A model generated the notes under the pieces. The model was not told where the DNA came from and did no database searches. It saw only the letters and a list, made by a program, of their open reading frames with translations. Shown here piece by piece: positions 31,701 through 41,453 of a stretch of DNA of 64,000 nucleotides. The first letter of the stretch is position 1. Each line of letters starts with the position of its first letter. This stretch comes from Candidatus Krumholzibacteriota bacterium (GTDB taxonomy: Bacteria > Krumholzibacteriota > Krumholzibacteriia > JAJRXK01): NCBI GenBank assembly GCA_963806035.1, contig CAWDWO010000024.1, positions 1 through 64,000 of the forward strand, written 5' to 3'. The position numbers and the translations under genes are program-made.

Positions 31701-33640
31701 CTAGGCCTGGCGGCTCTGCTTCAACTGGATTTCGACGAGTCTGCGGTAGATCCCGTTGGGGGTGGCCAGGAGTTCGTCGTGGCTTCCCTCTTCGACCAGC
31801 CGTCCGTGATGCAGTACCAGAATGCGGTCGACCGAACGCACCGTGGAGAGACGGTGCGCGATGACCAGTGAGGTGCGGCCCTCCATGAGGACTTCGATCG
31901 CGGCCTGAATGCGCGCCTCGGTGGCGGCGTCCACGCTGGCGGTGGCTTCATCCAGCACCAGGATGGGTGGGTCGTGGGCCAGGGCGCGCGCGAAACTCAC
32001 GAGCTGCCGTTCGCCGGTGGAGAGACGGCCTCCGCCTTCCCCCAATTCATGCTGCAGACCGTCGGGGAGTTTGCGGAGGACCCTCTCCAGTCCGATGCGT
32101 CGCACCGCCTCGTCCAGGCTCTTCTGGTCGAAGTCCTCGTGCCAGAGTCTGAGGTTGGAGTCGAGACTGCCCGAGAACAGCCGCGGGTCCTGCAGCACCA
32201 CACCCACTTGGCGGCGCAGTTGCCTGGGGTCCCACTCGCGCACGTCGATTCCGTCGATGGAGATGCTGCCCTCTTTGATTTCGTAGAAACGGGTCAGGAG
32301 CGAGATGATGGTGGTCTTGCCCGCTCCGGTGGCGCCCACCAGGGCGACGCGTTCTCCGGGCTTCACGTGGAAGCTCAGCTCGTCGAGGACTCTCTCCTGG
32401 CCGTCGTAGGAAAAGCTCACTCTGTCGAAGCGGACCTCGCCCTTCACGCGAGGCACTCCGCGAGGCTCGGCGGGAGTGAGAATCTCGGGGTGCGTATCCA
32501 GGAGCACGAAGACGCGTTCGCCGGCGGCCATCGCGCCCTGCATGATGTTGAACTTCTCGCTGAGATCGCTGATGGGGCGGTAGAAGCGCTGCGCGTACTG
32601 CACGAAGGCCACCAGGGTTCCCAGGCTCACGGTGGTGGCCGCGACCATGCCGCTTCCCGTCCACAGCAAGAGAACCACCGCCGCGGTGGAGAAGACCTCG
32701 ACCGCGGGAAAGAACACGGCGAAGGCGGCGACGGTGTCCAGGTGCGCCTCGGTGTGGTCCTGGTTCAGGGAGTCGAAGCGATGGAGGCGGCGCGATTCCT
32801 GGCCGAAGGCCTGCACGATGGAGAGCCCGGAGAGATGCTCCTGCAGGAAGCCGTTGATGCGCGACACGCGCACGCGAATGCGCCGGAAGGCGCGGCGCAC
32901 GCGGGTGCGGAAGATCATCGAGAGAGCGAAGAGGGCGGGGATGACCGCGAAGGAAATCAGCGCGAGCTTCAAGTCCATCACCAGCATGATGGTCATGATC
33001 GCGAGCAGGGTGAGGGCGTCCATCGCGATGGTGACCACCCCGGAGGTGAAGAGTTCGTTCAGAGCCTCCACGTCAGAAGTGAGCCGGGTCATGAGGCGGC
33101 CCACCGGCTCGCGATCGAACAAGGACATGTCCTGCCGCATCACGTGGCGGAAGAGCTGCCGCCGCAGATCGTTCATCACCTTCTGGCCCACCGTCTGGAG
33201 CAAGAGACTCTGGAGGAAGGACAGAAGTCCGGTGACCAGCAACACTCCGATGTAGAGCGCTCCCACCACGGCGAGAATGTGCAGGCGCTGATCCACCGGT
33301 CCTTCGCCCTGCAGAGAGCGGTCGATGGCGACTTTCACCAGGTAGGGACCGACGATGCTGAGCGCCGACACCGCCACGATGAGCACGGCGGTCAGGCTGA
33401 CCCGGCCCCGGTAGGGACGCATGTAGGTGAGAAGGCGGCGCAGCTGTCCCCAGTCCATGTCGCGCGTGGCCTCGAACTCGCGCTCGGTGGCTTCCGCGAT
33501 GCGGCTGGCGGCTTTCTCGGTCGGGACTCGTTTGGCGGACTGCCCGCGGCGCCCCGGTTGGTGGACTGCCCCGCGGCGTCCCGTTTGGCGGACTGCTCCG
33601 CGGCGCCCCGGCGGGTGGAGGATCGCTTCGAGCCGCTCAT
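31701..33640 (-). CDS. ABC exporter permease/ATP-binding subunit (MdlB-like), frameshift at ~33543
   Basis: TM domain, GATGAGKT, LSTGERQL and ILVLDEAT; restoring one C in the N-terminal repeat joins the ATG at 33640 (overlapping the upstream stop) to the 33458 ORF. Confidence 0.9.
33529..33608. repeat. 27-bp tandem repeat x3 in the ABC-gene N-terminus, one unit 26 bp
   Basis: Units 33529-33554 (26 bp), 33555-33581 and 33582-33608; consensus CG(T/G)TTGG(C/T)GGACTGC(C/T)CCGCGGCG(C/T)CC. Confidence 0.85.
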
Positions 33641-35376
33641 TGGATCGCGTCCAGTTCCGCCGCGGTGGCCTGCTGGTGAAAGAGCGCGGCGTACTCGCCC
33701 TCGCGCTGCAGGAGTTCCTCGTGACGGCCGATCTCGACCACTTTTCCCTCGTCCAGCACGACGATCTGGTCGGCCTCCTTCACTCCCAGCAGACGGTGGG
33801 TGACCAGGAGCACGGTGCGGCCCTGCCAGGCGGCTCGAAGCTGCGCCAGTAACTCGGCTTCGGTCTCGTTGTCGACCGAGGAGAAGACGTCGTCCAGAAG
33901 CAGAATGGTGGGGTCGGGAGCCAGAGCGCGCGCGATACTGACGCGCTGCTTCTGTCCGCCGGAGAGGGTGACTCCGCGCTCACCCACCAGAGTTTGCCAG
34001 CCCTCGGGAAAAGCGGCGCGGTCCTTTTCGAGGCGGCTCACGCGCGCCAGGCGTTCCACGTCTTCGTCGGTCCCCTCGGGGTGGGCGAAGAGGATGTTCT
34101 CGCGCAGGGTGTCGCTGAAGAGAAAGCCATCTTGCGGCGCGTAGCCCACGCCGGCCCGCAGATCGTCCAGGCGCATGCTGCGCAGGTCGATTCCATCGAT
34201 GGTGATGGAACCCCGATAGCTGTCGTACTGGCGGTTCAAGAGGCGCACCAGAGTCGTCTTGCCCGAACCGGTCTCGCCGACCAGAGCCGTCCAGCTCCCG
34301 GCCGGCATCTCGAAGCTGAGGTCTTTGATGGCGTCGGACTTGGTGTTCGGGTAGGCGAAGCTGAGATTGCGGAACGCGACGTCACCGCGGCGGTCTTTCC
34401 AGGGGACGGCTTCTTGCGTGTCCTGGATTTCGATGGGCGCGTCCAGAACTTCTCCGAGGCGATCGAGACTGGCCAGTCCACGCTGCCAGATGTTGATGGT
34501 GAAGCCCAGGGCCATGGCGGGCCAGGTGAGCTGCGCGAGGTAGGCCATGAACGCCACCAGGGTTCCCACGCTGATGGACTGCGCGATCACCATGCGTCCG
34601 CCGAAGTAGAGGGTGATCGCGGTGGCCGAGCCCGCGATGAAAATCATCATGGGCCGCAGCACACTCTGGATGCGTACGAAGGAGAGGTTGCGGTCGAGGA
34701 GATCGACGCTTCGTTCGTCGAAGCGAGCCGCGGCCAAATCCTCGCGCGAATAGGCGCGGATGGGGCGGATCCCCGAGAGCATCTCCTGCGCGTAGGCGGA
34801 GAGGTTGGCGAAGCTCTCCTGCACCTGCGCGAAGCGGCTGTGGATGCTGCGGCTGCCGCGCTGGACGGCCAGGCCCAGGATGGGCAAGGGGGCCAGCGAG
34901 ATCAGAGTGAGATGCGGGGAGAGTTTGAGCATGAGCGCGATGGCGACCACCGCGGTGATGATGGTCTGGATGAAGTACATGATCCCCGGGCCAAGAAGCA
35001 TCCGTATTGCATTGATATCATTGGTAGCTAGAGCCATGACTTCACCCACTTTATGAGTGTCGTACCAGCGCGGGGAGAGCTGGAAGACGTGGGCGGTGAA
35101 GTCGTGGCGCAGCTGGCGCTCGATGAGGCGGCTGGCTCCGATCATGGTGCGGCGCATGAGGAAGCTGCCGATGCCGGCCAGAACGGTGACGGCGAGCATG
35201 AGCAGCGCCGCGTGACGCGCGGCGGCGATTTGGTTGGCCTCCAGGCGATCGATGGCCTGGCGCAGGAACCAGGGCCCCAACATGCTGAAGATCTCTCCGA
35301 CCACGATGGCCAGAATGCCCGCGATCATCGCGGAGCGATGTCGAAGGAGGTAGGGAAAGAGCCTGCGGATACGCAT
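33637..35376 (-). CDS. ABC exporter permease/ATP-binding subunit (MdlA-like)
   Basis: MRIRRLFPYL start; GETGSGKT, LSGGQKQR and LLLDDVFSSVD (degenerate Walker B typical of MdlA). Confidence 0.92.
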   Translation of the reverse strand: MRIRRLFPYLLRHRSAMIAGILAIVVGEIFSMLGPWFLRQAIDRLEANQIAAARHAALLMLAVTVLAGIGSFLMRRTMIGASRLIERQLRHDFTAHVFQLSPRWYDTHKVGEVMALATNDINAIRMLLGPGIMYFIQTIITAVVAIALMLKLSPHLTLISLAPLPILGLAVQRGSRSIHSRFAQVQESFANLSAYAQEMLSGIRPIRAYSREDLAAARFDERSVDLLDRNLSFVRIQSVLRPMMIFIAGSATAITLYFGGRMVIAQSISVGTLVAFMAYLAQLTWPAMALGFTINIWQRGLASLDRLGEVLDAPIEIQDTQEAVPWKDRRGDVAFRNLSFAYPNTKSDAIKDLSFEMPAGSWTALVGETGSGKTTLVRLLNRQYDSYRGSITIDGIDLRSMRLDDLRAGVGYAPQDGFLFSDTLRENILFAHPEGTDEDVERLARVSRLEKDRAAFPEGWQTLVGERGVTLSGGQKQRVSIARALAPDPTILLLDDVFSSVDNETEAELLAQLRAAWQGRTVLLVTHRLLGVKEADQIVVLDEGKVVEIGRHEELLQREGEYAALFHQQATAAELDAIQ

Positions 35377-35535
35377 CTTAGACGATTCAGGGTTGCCATT
35401 CAGGGCATTGGAGACTAGTCTAAGCACCGCCGTGCCCGGCACGGGCGACGCCAAATACGAATTTTCCGGCAGTTTTCGCGTGTGTCCGCACGCAACTGAC
35501 CTCGATCCAACCCAGGTGAGCAGGGGATCCTAGCT

Positions 35536-36352
35536 ATGAGCAACGTCATCGCCGTCGTCAATCAGAAGGGCGGCACCGGCAAAACGACCACAGCCCTCAA
35601 TCTCGCGGCGGGTCTGCTCCGGTACAGCGACATCACCTCGTCCTGCCTCATCATCGACATGGATCCCAGCGGTTGCGCCTCGGCCACCATGCTGGGGACC
35701 GTCGATACCGGCGCGCCGCAACGAAGCATCTTCGACGTGCTGCGCCGGGCCATCACTCCTCACGACGGGATCATGTCGACGGTTTTCACCGAGAACATCG
35801 ACATCCTGCCCTCGAGTCCGCATCTGGCCAGCATGGCCAAGACGCAAATCCTCGACCGGCTCAAGAAGGTAACCGAGGCGCTCGCCTCTAGCTACGGTTG
35901 GATCATCATCGATACCCCGCCCAATCTGGGCGTGCTCACCACCAATGCCATCGTGTGCGCCGATTACGTGCTGATTCCGTCGCCGATCAACGGCCTCTCG
36001 GTGGGGACGCTGAAGCAGCTTGCCGCGCACATCGAGCACGTGCGCAGCAACCAGAACGACCTGCTCCAGGTGCTGGGAATTCTGGTCACCATGAAGGACG
36101 CCCGGACCAAGCTCGAACGAGAAGCTCGTGAAAGAGGTGAAGGAGATCTTCGGGAAGGACGCCCTGTTCAAGACCGAGATCACCACCAACACCAAGCTCG
36201 AGGAGGCCCCGGGAGAGTTCCAGAGCATTTTCTCCTACGACTCTTCCTGTGTGGGCGCGGCGATGTACCGCGACTTCCTCAAGAAGGAGCTGCTCAAGAA
36301 GCTCAAGTCGCTGGAGAAGCGGCGGGCGGGTCTGATCGAGGCCAAGTCGTAG
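35536..36352 (+). CDS. ParA/Soj-family ATPase (orphan), frameshift at ~36120
   Basis: NQKGGTGKTT, IDMDP and IIDTPPNLG; after the shift FKTEITTNTKLEEAP....SIFSYD. Confidence 0.85.
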
Positions 36353-36383
36353 ATTGTCCTAGCTTCGTCAGAGAGGAGGCGCG

Positions 36384-37823
36384 TTGGACCTATCGCGTCA
36401 CTTCGCGGCCTCCAGTGAAGTGGGCCCGACGATGGTGGGCCCGGTGCTGGCTGCGGTGGGAGCCGCGGCGGTTCTCTCCTTCCTGGGTCCGGTTCATCTC
36501 CTCCCGCTGTTGTTTCTCTGCGGAGTTTCCCTGGCGCTGCTTCTGGGACTCTGGCGCTTTGATCTCTGGTACAGTGCATTTTTGACCTACCTGCTCTTCG
36601 AGACGGTCGTCGCCGAATTCTTGCCCGGCTCTTTGGGTCTGCTCTCCAAGGACTTGTTCTATCTGGGAGTGGTCGGTTTGGGGTTCTTGACCCTGGCCGC
36701 CCGCGGTGCGCGGGAGGAGATGCGTCCCCCCGCCGGTGCCACCGGTGCGCTGCTCCTGTTCATGCTCTTCGAATTCTTGCTCGTACTGCGCGGGTCGAGT
36801 CTCTACCTGGGCGTTTTGAGTTTTCGCGGGACGGTGTTCTTCGGACTCGTTGCCGTGCTCACGCCGCTGGCGCAGGCCGACGCGCGGGCGCGGCGCTTCA
36901 GCTGGATGCTCCTCGCGGGTGGTTTGATCGTGGTGGCGTTGATTTCGTTCTGGGAGGCATACGCCTGGCGCCAGGTGCGCGAAGTACTGCAGCTCGCCGA
37001 ACAACGCTGGACGATGGGAACTCTCAAGGCGACCTCCACCGTGGGTTCCCCCGGAGCGCTGGGCGCGGTGATGGCGGTGGGATTGATTTTCGGATTCGCG
37101 CGCATGATCGAAGGGAAGATGAGCTGGCGCGTATGGTTGGCACTGTCGGTGGCCTGCGCTTTTTGGTTCAGCGGTTTGGTCTTGTCCTTCAGTCGGGTCT
37201 CGCAACTCTCACTGGTCATCGTGAGTCTCATTCTGCTCATGCGGCGGCCCAAGTTCGTGATCCCGGGGATCATCGTGCTCTTCTGCGCCGGCGCGGTCGC
37301 GGACGTGGTGACCTCGGGCTTTCTGAGCGGGAACATCCTGGCGACCTTCGGCATCGGAGAACACCTGGATGCGATCGCGAGCACGCAGGACCGAGTGGGT
37401 ATCATCAACGACGTGCTCACGAACTACTGGCCCAAGCATGCGTGGTTGGGCTACGGGCTGGGGAGCGCGGGTGCGGTGACGCGAAGCCATCTGGTGGATG
37501 CCCCTCTGGGATATCTGTTTCTGGACAACATCTATCTGAAATCCTTGATCGAGGGCGGGGCCATCGGGGCGCTCCTGGAAGTGCTCTTCGTGGTGGTTCC
37601 CCTGGGTGCGGCGGTACGGCTGGACCGGCGTCTCGCAGGGCGCGATGTTGAGCCCTACCGGCGCGCGATGGTGCGCGGAGCGGGCGCGACGATTCTCTTT
37701 TATGCCCTGGTGGGAACCGCCAGCACGGTGCAGGAGATGCCGGTGGTGAACGTGACTTTGTGGTGGGCGATCGGACTGCTGTTTGCCGAGGCGGCGCGGC
37801 AGCGCGCGGAGGCGGGGTCGTGA
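36384..37823 (+). CDS. O-antigen ligase/polymerase (WaaL/Wzy-like) family membrane protein
   Basis: About 12 TM segments; SFSR, STQDRV, WLGYGLGS and DNIYLKSLIEGG motifs; start uncertain. Confidence 0.75.
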   Translation: MDLSRHFAASSEVGPTMVGPVLAAVGAAAVLSFLGPVHLLPLLFLCGVSLALLLGLWRFDLWYSAFLTYLLFETVVAEFLPGSLGLLSKDLFYLGVVGLGFLTLAARGAREEMRPPAGATGALLLFMLFEFLLVLRGSSLYLGVLSFRGTVFFGLVAVLTPLAQADARARRFSWMLLAGGLIVVALISFWEAYAWRQVREVLQLAEQRWTMGTLKATSTVGSPGALGAVMAVGLIFGFARMIEGKMSWRVWLALSVACAFWFSGLVLSFSRVSQLSLVIVSLILLMRRPKFVIPGIIVLFCAGAVADVVTSGFLSGNILATFGIGEHLDAIASTQDRVGIINDVLTNYWPKHAWLGYGLGSAGAVTRSHLVDAPLGYLFLDNIYLKSLIEGGAIGALLEVLFVVVPLGAAVRLDRRLAGRDVEPYRRAMVRGAGATILFYALVGTASTVQEMPVVNVTLWWAIGLLFAEAARQRAEAGS

Positions 37824-37907
37824 GGGTGAGCGCGCTGACGCTCCCATTGGCCCTCGCGCCGCGGCTCGTGAGGATGAGCGCGCTGACGCTCGCGTTGGCT
37901 CTCGCGC
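37819..37907 (+). repeat. 48-bp-period duplication of the signal-peptide coding region
   Basis: CGTGAGG(G/A)TGAGCGCGCTGACGCTC at 37819 and 37867 (VRVSALTLPLALA / VRMSALTLALALA). Confidence 0.8.
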
Positions 37908-38914
37908 TGAGTGCGTGCGGCGGCGGAGGGCGAGACGAGGCGAAATCGGATACTTCGGGTGTGCTGTGCACGGAGCAGGCGAACCTCAGCTTCACGCCAG
38001 GGGACAAGGCGGGTTCGAAGGACTTCAGTTTGCTTTTCGACGGCAGTCGCTTCCACATCTTCCACATCCGTGAAAACGGCGCGTGGATGGGACGCTCGGT
38101 GGAACGTCGCTTCGGACACGAGGACAGTCCCGATCTGGTGCACTGGACGCGACGCGAGCCGGTGGATCTACGCGGGGAAGAGGGCTCGTGGAACGATCGA
38201 CATCTCTGGTCGCCCTTCGTTCTGCGGCGCAACGACAAGTGGTGGATGTATTACACCGGGGTCAGCTACACCAACGATGCGCGCTTGAATCTGCAGCGCA
38301 TCGGACTCGCGTTCTCCGACGATCTCGAGCACTGGATGGCGCCGAGTTCGACGGTGGAAGGAGTGAAAGGCCGCGGTTGCGTGCTGCAGGGCGAGGCTCC
38401 CTGGTCGAGTTGGGGGCTGGGCACGCCGTGGACCGGCGACTGCCGCGATCCCTTCGTGGTGCGCGACGGGGAGGGTTGGCTCATGTTCGTGGCGATGCGC
38501 ATGCGCAACGGAGATCCGGTCATCGCGTGGGCACGATCCAAGGAGGGACTGCACTGGAGCCTGGGCGGACCCATCGAGGTCACGCAGGGAACCAAGGCCG
38601 AATCGCCGGCCGCCGTGTTTCGTGATGGTTCGTGGCTCTTGCTGTGGAGCGGACCGAAGGACATCCGCGCATCGCGCGCGAAGAGCGTGGAGGGTCCCTG
38701 GAGCGAACCCAGCTCGCTCAATGCCGGCTTCGCGTGCGAACTCTTGCCCCTGGATGAGAACTGGGCCATCTACGGCTTCGTGGACGGGCGCTTTCGGGTG
38801 CGCTGGCGCCGTCTCGACTTGAAAACTCTCGCGATCTCGCGGGTGGTCTCTCCACTGTGTCCGCAAGTTACTATGCCACAAGGTCCTCTGCCGAGTGTCT
38901 CAACTGATTTCTAA
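37820..38914 (+). CDS. Lipoprotein glycoside hydrolase, five-bladed beta-propeller (GH32/43/130-like)
   Basis: Lipobox LSAC; KDF, SPDLVHW, WSPFV, RDPFV and ESP motifs; start at GTG 37820 or ATG 37874. Confidence 0.7.
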   Translation: MRVSALTLPLALAPRLVRMSALTLALALALSACGGGGRDEAKSDTSGVLCTEQANLSFTPGDKAGSKDFSLLFDGSRFHIFHIRENGAWMGRSVERRFGHEDSPDLVHWTRREPVDLRGEEGSWNDRHLWSPFVLRRNDKWWMYYTGVSYTNDARLNLQRIGLAFSDDLEHWMAPSSTVEGVKGRGCVLQGEAPWSSWGLGTPWTGDCRDPFVVRDGEGWLMFVAMRMRNGDPVIAWARSKEGLHWSLGGPIEVTQGTKAESPAAVFRDGSWLLLWSGPKDIRASRAKSVEGPWSEPSSLNAGFACELLPLDENWAIYGFVDGRFRVRWRRLDLKTLAISRVVSPLCPQVTMPQGPLPSVSTDF

Positions 38915-38923
38915 GGCCCCGTC

Positions 38924-40603
38924 TCAGCCGCCCAGGAGCCAGGCCAGAGGCGGCGTGAAGAGCTGCAGGTAGGCGCGCAGCTCCACCACCTCGAGATTCT
39001 GCGTCGTGTTGTTCACCCCGTCGATCGAGTGCCAGGCGAGTTGCAGGCGCGCGCGTGCGCGTTGGGCCAGCTCCCACTGCGCGCCCGCCTCGAGAACCCA
39101 GCGCGTTTCGAGGGGGGGGCGAGGATAGGGTTCGCCCGCGTGGCCTTCGCGCGATTCCTCGGTGGAGAGGCGGTTCACGCCGCGCCGCCAGTGTTCGCCG
39201 GCGATCCACAGGCGCGTGTTCTTCGTGGCGGTGTAACTGAGTTGCAGGAAGTGACGGTCGGTGTCGGGTCCTTCGGGTGCGCCAAGTGGGCGCTCGAAAT
39301 GTTGTGCGTCGGTGCCGAGTCCGCGGTGCAGGTAGGTCCAGGAGCCGATACGGCGATACTCGTAGGACGCGAGGAAGCGGGGTCCCAGCGCGCGGTCGAC
39401 TCCGATGGCCAGGGCGAGTTGATGCGGCCATTTCTTGCGCGCGGAGGCGTCGATCTGCAAGTCATCGACCAGGAATGCGCCGTAGGGATGCCAGGACTTC
39501 CACCAGAATTCGCCATCGATGGAGTGGAAGATGTTTACCGTCTTCTGGTCACTGCTTCCCTTTTCGGTTTGCGCGACGACGTAGAGGCTGACGGGATTGA
39601 GGTACTTCAGGTCGAAGCCCCCGGCGCGATCGGACACGACTGCGAGCTCGCTCAGGCCCAGGCGGCCGAAGGAGCCGAGACTGAAGTCGATGCGGTGGCC
39701 GTAGAGCGAACGATGGTAGTTGGTGGAGTCGACGAGCTCGGTGGAGAGCTGTCCGGCAAAAGCCTGAAGGCGGTGCTTGCCCAGATCGATTTCGGCCTGG
39801 ACGAGATCGGGGGCGGGAGCGGTGGAGGAGAGGACGATCGAGCCGAGTCGTTCGGGTCCCCACTGCAAGAAGCGCCTTCCCAGGGTGAAGGCGGCGCGCC
39901 CCGTTTTGTAGCGCAGGTAGGCTTCGTCGAGGTTGTTGGACGCGCCCAGCTGTGTGTAGTCCCGCGTGCGGTTGTGGGTGTCGTTCTTGCCCTCGCCGTC
40001 GAAGACGAAACGCAGGTGCGCGCTGAGCCCTTTGGCGAGTCCGGAGTCCAACCAGAAGCCGAGGCGCGCGCGCCAGGCCGGGTCGACGGCCTCTCCCTCG
40101 CGCACGTTCAGAAAGATGGGCTCGAGCTGCCGCGGCGGATTGGCGCCGAAGGCGAGGATCTTCAGGTCGCTCTGGGCGGAGAAGCCGAGAGGGATCGAGT
40201 CCTTCGCGGTTCGGGCCGGGGCGGTTGCCGAGCCCAGAACTTGCGCCAGCGTGGGGAAGCGGCGGGTGGCTTCGGCGTAATCGCGCGGCGGAAGCAGGCT
40301 CGTGCTGCGGTCAAAGTCTCCGCGGCGCCAGGCTTCGTCGAGCTTTTCGTTTCCCAGGAAATCGGGGCTCAGGATGCGCGAGCCGATGAGGGAGCGGTCA
40401 TTCCACTGGGCCGCATGGGTGGTTCCGGGGTGGAGTGCGAGCGCGCAGAAGAGAACGAGCGGGTACAAGAGAACGAGTGGGAACAAGAACCCGCGTCGGC
40501 GCAAGAGAACGAGAGTGCGCGGAAGCCCCGGAACGGGGAACGCTCGCGAGGCGAGGGCTCGCTCCCGGCTTGAGTGCAGCTTGTGAGGGACTCTGGCGGC
40601 CAC
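38924..40603 (-). CDS. Capsule assembly Wzi-family outer-membrane protein
   Basis: GRRFLQWGP...SIVLS..AP, GHRIDF, GLSELAV, KYLNPV, YGAFLVDD and PLGAPEGPD motifs; start uncertain. Confidence 0.75.
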   Translation of the reverse strand: MAARVPHKLHSSRERALASRAFPVPGLPRTLVLLRRRGFLFPLVLLYPLVLFCALALHPGTTHAAQWNDRSLIGSRILSPDFLGNEKLDEAWRRGDFDRSTSLLPPRDYAEATRRFPTLAQVLGSATAPARTAKDSIPLGFSAQSDLKILAFGANPPRQLEPIFLNVREGEAVDPAWRARLGFWLDSGLAKGLSAHLRFVFDGEGKNDTHNRTRDYTQLGASNNLDEAYLRYKTGRAAFTLGRRFLQWGPERLGSIVLSSTAPAPDLVQAEIDLGKHRLQAFAGQLSTELVDSTNYHRSLYGHRIDFSLGSFGRLGLSELAVVSDRAGGFDLKYLNPVSLYVVAQTEKGSSDQKTVNIFHSIDGEFWWKSWHPYGAFLVDDLQIDASARKKWPHQLALAIGVDRALGPRFLASYEYRRIGSWTYLHRGLGTDAQHFERPLGAPEGPDTDRHFLQLSYTATKNTRLWIAGEHWRRGVNRLSTEESREGHAGEPYPRPPLETRWVLEAGAQWELAQRARARLQLAWHSIDGVNNTTQNLEVVELRAYLQLFTPPLAWLLGG

Positions 40604-40604
40604 G

Positions 40605-41453
40605 TCACGCTCCCCGGAAAAGAACGCGGCCAGTATCCCCCGATCGCATCAGGTAGGCAAGGTGACGTCCGCAGATTCCCTGATCCCGGCGATAGGAATG
40701 ATAGAGCTCAGCCTGGGCGTAGGTGCAGTCGGGACACACCGAAATGGATTTGTCGACGAGCCCGGCCTCCTGTAGCTGGTGCACCGCGTAGGACTTCAAG
40801 TCGAGGTGGGGTTTGGGCCACTCGTCGCGGCGCTGGACGAAGCGCTCGGGAAATTGCTCGGCCACTTCTTCGCCGACCTCGAAGTGTTCCGCGCAGATCG
40901 AAGGGCCGATCCAGGCGTGCAAGTCGGGCGGCGCAGCGCCCAGTCGTTGCAGCGCCTGCACGGTGGCGGGCAGGACCCCCGCTACGAGCCCGCGCCAGCC
41001 GGCGTGCGCGGCGCCGAATGCTGGGGCTGAGTGGTGTTTTGCGGTCGAGTGGTGTTTCGCGGTCGAGTGGTTTTTCGCAGCTGAGTGTGTTTCCACGGCC
41101 GGCTGAGCTGTCGGAGTCCTCGAATCCCAGAGCAGGACGGGAATGCAGTCCGCGACGGAGATGAGCAGGCCCAGAGCAGGGTTGCGGCTCACCAGCGCAT
41201 CGCCTTCGCCCTGAAATCCCGCCGCCTTGGCTTCGACCACGGTGCCGCCGTGCACCTGCTTGCACCAGGCGAAGGTTTCGGGTGTGGTTTGCAGGGCCCT
41301 GGCCAGGACTTCGCGCACCCGGGCACGGCCCTCCGCGGCCGCCGGTGCATCGCCCGCAGGGAAGCCCAGGCGTGTGGTGAGTCCGCCCAAGAGCGCGGGT
41401 CCACACAGGCTCGGGGTGGTACGGAGGACTTTGCTGTGTGCGCCAGTTCTCAA
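40605..41453 (-). CDS. pgeF: Peptidoglycan editing factor PgeF / YfiH (purine nucleoside phosphorylase, laccase-domain) family
   Basis: QVHG, GDALV, VADCIPVL, AHAGWRG, IGPSIC...FEVG and HSYRR motifs; TTG start overlapping the kinase stop is inferred. Confidence 0.88.
   Translation of the reverse strand: MRTGAHSKVLRTTPSLCGPALLGGLTTRLGFPAGDAPAAAEGRARVREVLARALQTTPETFAWCKQVHGGTVVEAKAAGFQGEGDALVSRNPALGLLISVADCIPVLLWDSRTPTAQPAVETHSAAKNHSTAKHHSTAKHHSAPAFGAAHAGWRGLVAGVLPATVQALQRLGAAPPDLHAWIGPSICAEHFEVGEEVAEQFPERFVQRRDEWPKPHLDLKSYAVHQLQEAGLVDKSISVCPDCTYAQAELYHSYRRDQGICGRHLAYLMRSGDTGRVLFRGA
41029..41087. repeat. 18-bp tandem repeat (3+ copies) inserted in frame in pgeF
   Basis: GAGTGGT(G/T)TTT(T/C)GC(G/A)G.. 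at 41029, 41047 and 41065; encodes HSAAKN-HSTAKH-HSTAKH-HSA. Confidence 0.85.
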
